Origin: Myxococcota bacterium
Lineage (GTDB): Bacteria > Myxococcota_A > UBA796 > GCA-2862545
Assembly (NCBI GenBank): GCA_039208735.1
Contig: JBCCQY010000037.1
Span: 1 to 64,000 of the forward strand
DNA: 64,000 bases
Reading direction: 5' to 3'
Made by a program: the position numbers and the translations under genes. This document shows, one piece after another, positions 56,115 through 64,000 of this stretch. Every line of letters begins with the position of its first letter. Positions within the stretch are counted from its first letter, which is position 1. Under the pieces are notes generated by a model. That model saw only the letters and a program-made list of their open reading frames with translations, had not been told where the DNA came from and made no database searches.

Positions 56115-56885
56115 TCAGTTCCCTCGAAACCATCGTCGCAGCTCTTCGATCGCCCAGTTGGCTTGTTCGTCCGACGTCCCTCGAGCGCCGATCTGCGCAG
56201 CTCCCAAGTGCATTTCAAGCCAACTGTCAAGTTCCGGTTCGGTTTCTGCGATGAGGGCACCGTAGCCTGCGAGCCGCCACTGGCCAAAGTAGGCGAACAG
56301 TTCGTGTTCATCGGCCCCTGGGGCCGGCGTCTGTCCTTTGGCCAGCATGGCTCGTCGAAGTTCGAGGGCCTCAGCCTGCACCTCGGGCCCCAGGTCGTGC
56401 AGCACGAGATGGAGCAGTTCGTGAGCCACCCCTAGGTTCCACCGCTCCACCGAATCGTGCCGAATCGCTACCGTTGGGGCGTAGGCTTCAAATTCAGGTC
56501 CCCAGTACATGGCGAGCCCCTCGATGGCAGACCATTCGAGCCCCGGAAGCGCCAAGTCCGCGAGCTCGGGAAGGGCGTTGAGATCGCGCTCCGGGGGAGC
56601 CACGAGGAGGGTAGTGTCGGCCACGACCGAGGCCATGGCGGGAGACTCGGCCATGGCGTCTGCGACACTGGCCACCCGATCCACCGTTCGCGGGCGACTG
56701 TCTGGGTACACTTCGATGCGGGTGCCCAACGGGGTTTCGCACACGACGCGCCCGTCGGGGCCGTCATCGGTCAACCACGCCTGTTCACCACACAGTCCAC
56801 GGTCGCCCTCGACAACTGGGTCAGGTTCGGGGAGAGGCTCTGCGGCGCACGCCCCCCACACGATAAACCAACTGAAGCGATGCAA
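56115..56885 (-). CDS. Putative lipoprotein zinc metallopeptidase (HExxH)
   Basis: AHELLH plus downstream HELFA; TTG 56885 gives signal ending WGAC. Confidence 0.65.
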   Translation of the reverse strand: MHRFSWFIVWGACAAEPLPEPDPVVEGDRGLCGEQAWLTDDGPDGRVVCETPLGTRIEVYPDSRPRTVDRVASVADAMAESPAMASVVADTTLLVAPPERDLNALPELADLALPGLEWSAIEGLAMYWGPEFEAYAPTVAIRHDSVERWNLGVAHELLHLVLHDLGPEVQAEALELRRAMLAKGQTPAPGADEHELFAYFGQWRLAGYGALIAETEPELDSWLEMHLGAAQIGARGTSDEQANWAIEELRRWFRGN

Positions 56886-56889
56886 AGGA

Positions 56890-57711
56890 TCAGAGCCGGT
56901 TTTCGAGGGCCCGAAGAATCGTCGCCGCACTGCCGAAGTTGTCGTCATTCTCTTCCGACATCGTCAGATCGGGCTCGAGCAGGAGCACGGTGGGCCAGAA
57001 CGGCAAGCCTGCGTACTCTTCGGCCACCTGCCGTTCATCGGCCAACACCGGAATCTCCGGCGAGTCGTACTCCTCGGCCCAACGCTCGGCAAGGGCCAGA
57101 TCGGGCTTCTGCCCTTGCTGATCTTCACCCAAAATCGTCAGCCAGTGCACCTTGCCCCGACGAACCTTGCGGGGTCCCGAAGGCCACAGCTGTCCGAAAT
57201 TGTAGGGGTCGTCTCCACCTTCGATCCAGCTCGCCAGGCCCCGACACGGCGGACACCATTCGGCCGAGATGTCGATGACAATCGGAATGCCTTCGTCGTT
57301 ATGGAAGTCGTACAGATCGACCATTTCGCCGTGCTGATCGATCATCTGAAAGCGCATGAATCGTTCGCCGATCGCCCGGAAACCCTCGAGGTTCTGGTTG
57401 ATCGCTGACTTATCGTAGACGTAAGGCCAGCCGCCGACGTAGATTCCGCTGTCGGCATCGGCCGGATCGGATCCTTCGTAGACCTCATCGCGGTCGGTGT
57501 AGCCGTCCTCATCGGAGTCCACGAGGGTGGGGTCACTGCCGTACTCGATCTCGGCTCCGTCCAGCAAGCCGTCGCCGTCAGAATCGGGGTTCTCGGGGTC
57601 GCTGCCCCACTCCCGTTCCTCGGCATTGGAAAGGCCATCGAGGTCGCCATCGACCGCGCAAGCCGCAAGGGCGGCCAAGGCCACCACAGAAGCAAGGATT
57701 CGTGGGCTCAT
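56890..57711 (-). CDS. Lipoprotein with Ca-binding DxDxDG repeats and thioredoxin-like domain
   Basis: LAAC; DGDLDG/DSDGDG/DSDEDG; SAEWCPPC; ATGA overlap with upstream gene. Confidence 0.85.
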   Translation of the reverse strand: MSPRILASVVALAALAACAVDGDLDGLSNAEEREWGSDPENPDSDGDGLLDGAEIEYGSDPTLVDSDEDGYTDRDEVYEGSDPADADSGIYVGGWPYVYDKSAINQNLEGFRAIGERFMRFQMIDQHGEMVDLYDFHNDEGIPIVIDISAEWCPPCRGLASWIEGGDDPYNFGQLWPSGPRKVRRGKVHWLTILGEDQQGQKPDLALAERWAEEYDSPEIPVLADERQVAEEYAGLPFWPTVLLLEPDLTMSEENDDNFGSAATILRALENRL

Positions 57712-58733
57712 GGGCAAGTGCCTCCGTAGGTCGTGGTCTCAGTGCGATCGATGAAGACGTTACCGCCGCTTTCGGTGAAGCTGGTTTCTCGCGTCACGCG
57801 TCCCTGGCCATCATAGACCCAGGTTTGTTCCTGGACAAGACTGCCGGACTCGACACGTTGCAAGGTGGCGTTGCCATCATTGTCAAAGGCATTGGTCTCG
57901 GACCGATCGTCCGTGTCTTCATCGGTGTAGTCGATGGTGAAGGTCAACCGCCGGCCCTCGGCATCGAAGGTCGCCGCCGTCATGGCGTCGATGATGCCGT
58001 CGTCACCGTCGTCCTGCTCGCCGAGGTAATCCAGACCGGTTTCCGAGGTGTAGGTAAACGTGGCCCGCAGATCGAGGTCCGCGTCTTCCAAGTCCCGATC
58101 GATCGTGACCTCGATCGTGCGATCCATAGCGTCGTAGGTGTAGTTGCTGACCGAAACGAGGTCGCCATCTTCGAAGGTTTCCAACACCAGAACCCGTCCG
58201 TCGGGGGTTCTGGTGTACACCTCGCTTTCATCGATCCGCGTGTTGCCATTGGAATCGAGGTCGTAGGTCAGGATTTCGTCGTTGGCGTCGTAGGTCCACA
58301 TCTCGATGCGATCGAACCCGCCATTGGCGTCCGAATCCGTACGTCGAACGAGCATGTTGCCCCGATCATCGTTTTCGTACTCTTCGATGGTTGCGAATCG
58401 CTTCTGGCGTTCGAATCGCGAACGGAACCCGTTGCCGTCGTACTCGAAGCGTTCGATCGATTCCGAGAGGCCGTTGTTGTTTTCGTCGACCTCCTCGTAC
58501 ACAAGCCGCTGGGCCGCATCAAAGCCAAGATGCCCGATCCCATCCTCGGTTCCTTCGACGAGTTGATCGTCGATCGAGGTCGTCCCAAAGCAATCGTAGG
58601 ATTCGGGCACAAAGCCCACGTCGACGAACTCGTCTTCGGGCGGCGGCTCAAAGCCAAGGCCAATCTCAGCCCCACCCGAGCAACCGATGGTCAGCGCGAC
58701 CCCTACCAACGGGGCTGGAATTCGCATGCACAC
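57708..58733 (-). CDS. Acidic lipoprotein with YD-like/DxDxDG repeats
   Basis: Signal ending TIGC; about 25-aa units YDxxG...DxDxxG.xD. Confidence 0.78.
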   Translation of the reverse strand: MCMRIPAPLVGVALTIGCSGGAEIGLGFEPPPEDEFVDVGFVPESYDCFGTTSIDDQLVEGTEDGIGHLGFDAAQRLVYEEVDENNNGLSESIERFEYDGNGFRSRFERQKRFATIEEYENDDRGNMLVRRTDSDANGGFDRIEMWTYDANDEILTYDLDSNGNTRIDESEVYTRTPDGRVLVLETFEDGDLVSVSNYTYDAMDRTIEVTIDRDLEDADLDLRATFTYTSETGLDYLGEQDDGDDGIIDAMTAATFDAEGRRLTFTIDYTDEDTDDRSETNAFDNDGNATLQRVESGSLVQEQTWVYDGQGRVTRETSFTESGGNVFIDRTETTTYGGTCP

Positions 58734-58817
58734 TCCCCCTCACGATTCGCCATCATGGTGATTCGAGCCGCCTCCACCATGCCACAGATTCGAGAGGGTT
58801 CACCACCCCATTTCGGG

Positions 58818-61022
58818 TCACTCCAGCCCGCGGACCATCGCCACCTGGATTCCACCTGCCTGGTCGAAGCGATGGGGGAATCCCACGAGGACCCGACAAC
58901 CGGCCACCGCAAGGGTTCCTCCGATGTCGTAGCCTTCGACGGCCTGACAGTAATCCCGGAACACCAAGCAGGAGACATAGTCGTCGTCTTCATTGCGACG
59001 CAAGATGTGCACCTTGCCCGTATTGGGACCCGTCCGCCCCGCCGCCGACGATGCAGCGTATACGAACTCCCCCTGGGCAATCAGGTCATCAGGGACATCG
59101 CGCGGCAACTCGAACGTTCCGGTGTGCCGCCATCCCTCTTCGCCAGCTTGGAACCAGTGAATGCCGTCCCGCCGCGCCACCAACACCGCATCGTCGTGAA
59201 ACACGGACGGCCCCCCATGCTCGGTCAGGGTTGCCGTGATGTCCAAACCTTCCTCGGAGAGCGCGCAAAGATGGACCGCCCCCTCCCATTCCGATGCAAT
59301 CAAGACGCGCTGCTGCACCGAATCGAGCGCGATGCTGTGTGGCGGATGCGGCCATGGCGCCTCAAAGCAGGGCTCCCAACCCGACGACGTACGCTTCCAG
59401 ACGCAGATGTAGGAGGCATCGCCGCGTCGTCCGTAAAGGAGCCAGTCGCCCGAGAGCACCACGCACGACTCTGCCCAACCCACGTCGGTTCCGATGGGGA
59501 TTCCCACGGGCTCCGACACCCAAGTGCCGTCGGACTGACGGGCTAGAACCTGCGGTCGAGCCACACTCTCCTCTTCCTGTTCCCAGAGAATGGCCACGCG
59601 TGCCTGATCGACCGCCAGCGCCCCGACCAGCCACTCGTCAGGATGTTGCACGACGTGTTCGGTGCGAGGGGGGGCTTCGTCCGTTCCGAACCGGAGCAGG
59701 TGTACGGTGTCCGCGCCAACCGTGACCGCTACGAGGTCATCGCACGCGGCTACGAACTCGCCCATCGTGGCTTCACCGCTCGAGACGATGTAGCTCAGTT
59801 CGGCGGTAGGTCTTCGCACACGTCGGCGCCCCGGCGGACGGGGCAGGGGAACATCGAGAAGTTCCTGACCAAAGGTCTCCATTCCCACCGAGGAACTTCC
59901 CGTGGCGTGGTGGAACACGGTAGAGCCGTCCATGTCGAGCCAGCCGAGTGGCCGATCCGGAAGCTGCGCCCGAAGTTGCCACTGACCCGCGGCATCTCGT
60001 GCATACAAAAACGACCGCAGCGAGGCTTGATGGGCCGACGCGATCAACAACGCCCCGTCGTTGGTGCCTGAAATGACGGTACCAAATCGTTCGTGGAGTC
60101 GAGGGCGTGGCGGCATCAAGGTGGCGAATGGACTCCATTCCCCTCCGTCATCGCGCGACGAAACAAACACCGTGCCGCTTTCGGGAAGCATTCGCCCGGT
60201 GATGGGAGTGGCGTACCCTGGGGCATCGGTGGCATCGGTGGGTGACGCGAGAGCCACCGTGTTGTCGGTAAAGAAGACCGTCTCAATGGGGCCGGGAGAC
60301 CAATTCCGGTGAAACGGGCCAATGCGTAGTTTCGGTCCCCGGGTCCATCCCCCTTCGCCATCTCGCACCAAGATGGCAAAGCCACCCCGAACCGCCACCA
60401 GCATGTCCTGCCGCGCATTGATGGCCAAGGGACGGCCGAGCGGATTCTTCGTCCGCGGCAAGGCCCGGTGACGCATCCGCCATTGCTTTCCGTTCCAGGC
60501 GTAGATGCCGAAGCGGTCTTTGTCGGACGTGACGACAAGCAGTTCGTCACGCAGCAGGATGTCGCGCACCGTGTCGAACATCTCGGGCAGAGGCAACGGC
60601 TCGAAGGCGCTCCAAGACCCCCCTTCGTTGCGGGCCGACGTGAAGACCGCGGGTCCCGCCGCTTGGACCACCAAGTGGTCGCCGTCCGTCCGCAAGCAAA
60701 CCGGCTTCGACGGGACTGGCAGTTCGGCCGTACCGTGCCATCCTCCGTCCCCGTCCCGCTCGAACACCTGACATCGCACGTCGCCTTCGCAGGACGTGGA
60801 GGTGACGACAACCCGCTTCGCGCCAACCGTGCAGCCGTCGATCGGAACCCCCACGTCAAGGGCGGTCGACGCCGCCTTCACTTTCCCGGGTGAGGATCGG
60901 CGGCCCGTCGGCTCGACAGGTTGCAAAGGGGTCTTCGTGGTCACGCGGCTCCGGGGGCGACTGAAGGAGGGCGGCAGCGACCGTCCCCCTATCCTGTGTC
61001 TGCGCCGGGATCCGCGCCCCAA
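58818..61022 (-). CDS. Beta-propeller (FG-GAP-like) protein, start uncertain
   Basis: Repeated VFER..GxW units, SGTVFV, ERFGTVIS, AGGIQV. Confidence 0.65.
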   Translation of the reverse strand: MGRGSRRRHRIGGRSLPPSFSRPRSRVTTKTPLQPVEPTGRRSSPGKVKAASTALDVGVPIDGCTVGAKRVVVTSTSCEGDVRCQVFERDGDGGWHGTAELPVPSKPVCLRTDGDHLVVQAAGPAVFTSARNEGGSWSAFEPLPLPEMFDTVRDILLRDELLVVTSDKDRFGIYAWNGKQWRMRHRALPRTKNPLGRPLAINARQDMLVAVRGGFAILVRDGEGGWTRGPKLRIGPFHRNWSPGPIETVFFTDNTVALASPTDATDAPGYATPITGRMLPESGTVFVSSRDDGGEWSPFATLMPPRPRLHERFGTVISGTNDGALLIASAHQASLRSFLYARDAAGQWQLRAQLPDRPLGWLDMDGSTVFHHATGSSSVGMETFGQELLDVPLPRPPGRRRVRRPTAELSYIVSSGEATMGEFVAACDDLVAVTVGADTVHLLRFGTDEAPPRTEHVVQHPDEWLVGALAVDQARVAILWEQEEESVARPQVLARQSDGTWVSEPVGIPIGTDVGWAESCVVLSGDWLLYGRRGDASYICVWKRTSSGWEPCFEAPWPHPPHSIALDSVQQRVLIASEWEGAVHLCALSEEGLDITATLTEHGGPSVFHDDAVLVARRDGIHWFQAGEEGWRHTGTFELPRDVPDDLIAQGEFVYAASSAAGRTGPNTGKVHILRRNEDDDYVSCLVFRDYCQAVEGYDIGGTLAVAGCRVLVGFPHRFDQAGGIQVAMVRGLE

Positions 61023-61037
61023 GGCGACCCGCTCGGG

Positions 61038-62927
61038 TCAGTAGATCTCAAACTCGTTGACCCGTACGTATTGGGGCTGCCGATTGGGTCCGAGGTACCC
61101 CACGACCCGAACCGACTCCCCAAATGCCGGATCCACTACAGACTCGATCGTCACATCCACATTTCCGACCACGGACTCAACCACATGCCAGGATTCCCCG
61201 TCCCATGCCTCGATGTCGTAGTCACGAATCTCGTACGTCGAACTCGTGGTGAGTACGAATACATCGAAGGTGCGGCATTCATCGAAATCGTACTCGATGG
61301 TTGCCGGCAAGGTGGTGCTGCTATTGGTCCAGCCGTCGTTGGTCATGGATCCGCGCGACCCATCGACCGTCTCTGCCGTGCTGTAGCCAGAGAAGGTTGA
61401 GCTGGCGGTGATCGTGGCGTCAGGCGCCTGGTTTCGATACACCTCGATTTCGTTGATCCGGGCGTACCCACTTTGGGCCACCGACCCTTCGAGGTTCGAA
61501 AACCGGAGTTGTTCACTGGTCACCGCCGGGAATGTCACCACGGTTCGTTCGTCGACGAGCCCGGTGACCGTCCGCAGTGCGACCCAAGCCTTCCCATCCC
61601 AATACTCCACGGTAAAGCCCTGCATTTCGTACCCGAGGGTGCTGTAGACATCGATGCGGCCGAACGTCACGTCGCCTCCAAAGTCCAGCTCCACCTCGGC
61701 GGTCGCGCGCTCTCCGTTGCTGTTCGTCCAGCTGTCGTCCTCGTCGAGGTCCGTCGAACGGTCCCCATCGACCAAGTTGGCCGCCGAGTAGCCTGAGAAC
61801 GTGTTCGTAGCCGATGCGGTGGCTCCCCGCGCGAGGTTCACCCGAGGCACGATCAGTCCATCATCGGCACCGTTGGCACAGTCATCATCAATCCCGTTGC
61901 ACAGCTCGATCTGGCCCGGGTTGACGTCATCGCGGCCATCGTCGCAATCGGTAGCGTCCAAGGTGTAGCCCTCGGGCTCCGCACACGCGGAGACCGTGGC
62001 CCCATTGGAGTCGCCATACCCGTCGCCATCATTGTCCGGGTAGTAATCGTCGAAGTCCAGACCATCATCGGCGCCCCCCGCACAGTCATCATCGATCCCG
62101 TTGCAGACTTCCACGGCATCGGGAGATACCGCCGCCGTCGTGTCGTCACAATCGAGTGCGGTGGTCACGGTCCCCGGTGGTGCGGCACACGCCGCGATGG
62201 CCTTCGCCGATAGGTCGCCGTACCCGTCCTGATCGGCGTCCGGGAAGAAATCGGTGAGCGTCAGGCCATCGTCAATGCCATTCGCGCAGTCGTCATCGAT
62301 CCCGTTGCACAGTTCCTTCGCGCCTGGGTACACCGCGACGGCACCATCGTCGCAGTCGGTGCCATTGGTGACCCAGCCCTTGGGAGCCGCACAGGCATTC
62401 ACGGGCTTCGCCAGCTGATCTCCGAACGTGTCCTCGTCGACATCGGGGTAGTAGTCCGCAAACGCCAGTCCATCGTCGATGCCACCCGCGCAGTCGTCGT
62501 CCACCCCGTTGCACACCTCTTGGGCCTTGGGCGAGACCGCAGCCGTGGTGTCGTCACAATCCATCGCGTTGTCGACGGTTCCGGTGGGCGCCGTACACGC
62601 CACTACGGGCGTGGCCTTCGCATCCCCGAACCCGTCTTGGTCGGCGTCGGCGTAGAAGTCGGTCGTGACCCCCTCGTCGACATCATCATCGCAGTCATCG
62701 TCAACCTCGTTGCAGACCTCGACCGCGCCCGGAAACACCAGGGCATTGTCGTCGTCGCAGTCCACCGAGTCGTCGAAACCATCCTGGTCCGCGTCGACCC
62801 CCATGGGGTCGGTCAGATCTGGATCAGCGGGGTCTACGGAGGGGTCCGGCTCGACCGATGGATCGGGGTCGGCCGCCGGATCGCAGGCGACGAGAAGGCC
62901 GAGCAGGCCCCAGAAACGAATGAGCAT
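61038..62927 (-). CDS. Lipoprotein with 5 MopE-type metal-binding repeats and two discoidin (F5/8C)-like domains
   Basis: LVAC; five DCDD...P.A.E.CNG.DDDC-type units; ATASAT/ITASST...DG, INEIEVY and VNEFEIY. Confidence 0.88.
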   Translation of the reverse strand: MLIRFWGLLGLLVACDPAADPDPSVEPDPSVDPADPDLTDPMGVDADQDGFDDSVDCDDDNALVFPGAVEVCNEVDDDCDDDVDEGVTTDFYADADQDGFGDAKATPVVACTAPTGTVDNAMDCDDTTAAVSPKAQEVCNGVDDDCAGGIDDGLAFADYYPDVDEDTFGDQLAKPVNACAAPKGWVTNGTDCDDGAVAVYPGAKELCNGIDDDCANGIDDGLTLTDFFPDADQDGYGDLSAKAIAACAAPPGTVTTALDCDDTTAAVSPDAVEVCNGIDDDCAGGADDGLDFDDYYPDNDGDGYGDSNGATVSACAEPEGYTLDATDCDDGRDDVNPGQIELCNGIDDDCANGADDGLIVPRVNLARGATASATNTFSGYSAANLVDGDRSTDLDEDDSWTNSNGERATAEVELDFGGDVTFGRIDVYSTLGYEMQGFTVEYWDGKAWVALRTVTGLVDERTVVTFPAVTSEQLRFSNLEGSVAQSGYARINEIEVYRNQAPDATITASSTFSGYSTAETVDGSRGSMTNDGWTNSSTTLPATIEYDFDECRTFDVFVLTTSSTYEIRDYDIEAWDGESWHVVESVVGNVDVTIESVVDPAFGESVRVVGYLGPNRQPQYVRVNEFEIY

Positions 62928-63239
62928 CTTCGACAGCTCCCTGAACGAATCGGGTGTGCCCCGCCGCTCGGATCACCGGCCCCAACCCTCCAGCAGATGC
63001 GAATGCCCGACAACGGGCCAACCTACACACTACACCCCTACACCGATCCTACAGCAGCATCGCACGCCAGCCGAACGTCATTTGGAGCATCTCATCCTGC
63101 GAGAATCTGCTTCAGCGAAACAACATCCAATGCTGGCGAGGGTTCATCCAGCAATGGCTCATGGCCGCAGTGATGGAAGCCCGCGGTCGCACCAGATAAC
63201 TTCGGAGGGCGCGGGCCTTTCCAAACAGGAGGTCATTTG

Positions 63240-64000
63240 GTGATCGAGCCGGACGGCACCAAACCGCGAATGCATCGCATTCGCGCGATGGCGGCGCTCG
63301 CCCTGTCCTTTACTCCGGTGTTCATGACGTTGGCCTGGTGGCACGGGGAACTCGAGATGTTCCTCGTCGACGCCACGATGATGGTCGCGTACTCCGCCGT
63401 ACTCGCGATCCTGGCCGTCACCCGCTCCCCTCTGTGGGCGGGCAACGCCCTCTGCCTGGTCATCACCGCCCATACGGCAGCGGGTTCCTACCTCATCGGG
63501 ATGTCCGTACCCGTGGCCACCCTCCTTGCGCCAGTGGCGGCCATGTTGGCGCTGGGGCCTCGGTACGCGTGGTCCTGGTACATCGTGCAGGTTGGCGTCC
63601 TGGTTGCGTTGGGCTGGGCGACCCAAGGGGCGATCCAGCTGCTCACGCCCGAGGCGATCGTCCTGCTGCTGTGCATGAGCGCACTCTTTCAAAGCGGCAT
63701 TCAGGTCTACTACGCCCAAAGTGAGCGGCACCGAACGGCCCTCGATCAACTCGTGGGACAGCTCGAAGACATCGTCCTCGAACGTACGCTCGACCTGCGA
63801 AAGGAAGTCGAGAAGCGGCGCAAAGCCCAGGAGGAGGCCATTGCCGCCAACCGGGCGAAAAGCGTGTTCCTCGCAAACATGAGCCATGAATTGCGAACCC
63901 CGCTCAATGCCATCATTGGCTACACCGAAATGGCGAGCGAGGAGCTGGGCGAGAGCCACCCCACCGTTCTCGACGACCTGGGCTACGTCCTGCAGTCCGC
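63240..64000 (+). CDS. Membrane sensor histidine kinase, truncated by window end
   Basis: AGGAGG before GTG 63240; several TM helices; H-box [22 protein letters not shown]; absent from ORF track because it has no stop in window. Confidence 0.9.
   Translation, partial: MIEPDGTKPRMHRIRAMAALALSFTPVFMTLAWWHGELEMFLVDATMMVAYSAVLAILAVTRSPLWAGNALCLVITAHTAAGSYLIGMSVPVATLLAPVAAMLALGPRYAWSWYIVQVGVLVALGWATQGAIQLLTPEAIVLLLCMSALFQSGIQVYYAQSERHRTALDQLVGQLEDIVLERTLDLRKEVEKRRKAQEEAIAANRAKSVFLANMSHELRTPLNAIIGYTEMASEELGESHPTVLDDLGYVLQS

Overview
A GC-rich, densely coding bacterial window of about 46 protein genes. The gene content (Myxococcus-type Cys-rich repeats, FG-GAP and MopE-type repeat lipoproteins, TIGR02147 and TIGR02996 families, a CxxCH/Tat DUF1501-like pair, a Pkn kinase, TPR-CHAT, wHTH-STAND regulators) points to a myxobacterium-like (Myxococcota) genome; that taxonomy is inference. 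I found no rRNA, tRNA, CRISPR array, transposase or integrase. Three genes are broken: a nitronate monooxygenase with an internal deletion, and two genes with single-base losses in homopolymers that may be sequencing errors. The best candidates for an undescribed system are: (1) an AbiEii-like nucleotidyltransferase with no AbiEi antitoxin, translationally coupled (ATGA overlap) to a TIGR02996-LRR protein, in a window that holds four TIGR02996 genes; (2) a regulator-rich block at about 1-5190 (sensor-less AAA+/Fis protein with a degenerate GAFTGA loop, two TIGR02147 paralogues, a Zn-finger ORF) bracketed by copies of the palindrome GTCGGAA-N-TTCCGAC. Also notable: a 6TM channel with a TGGFAD filter, a STAND ATPase with two tandem winged-helix domains, a four-Cys module shared by two unrelated genes, and very short signal peptides. 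All family names come from motif recognition by eye, not from database searches.
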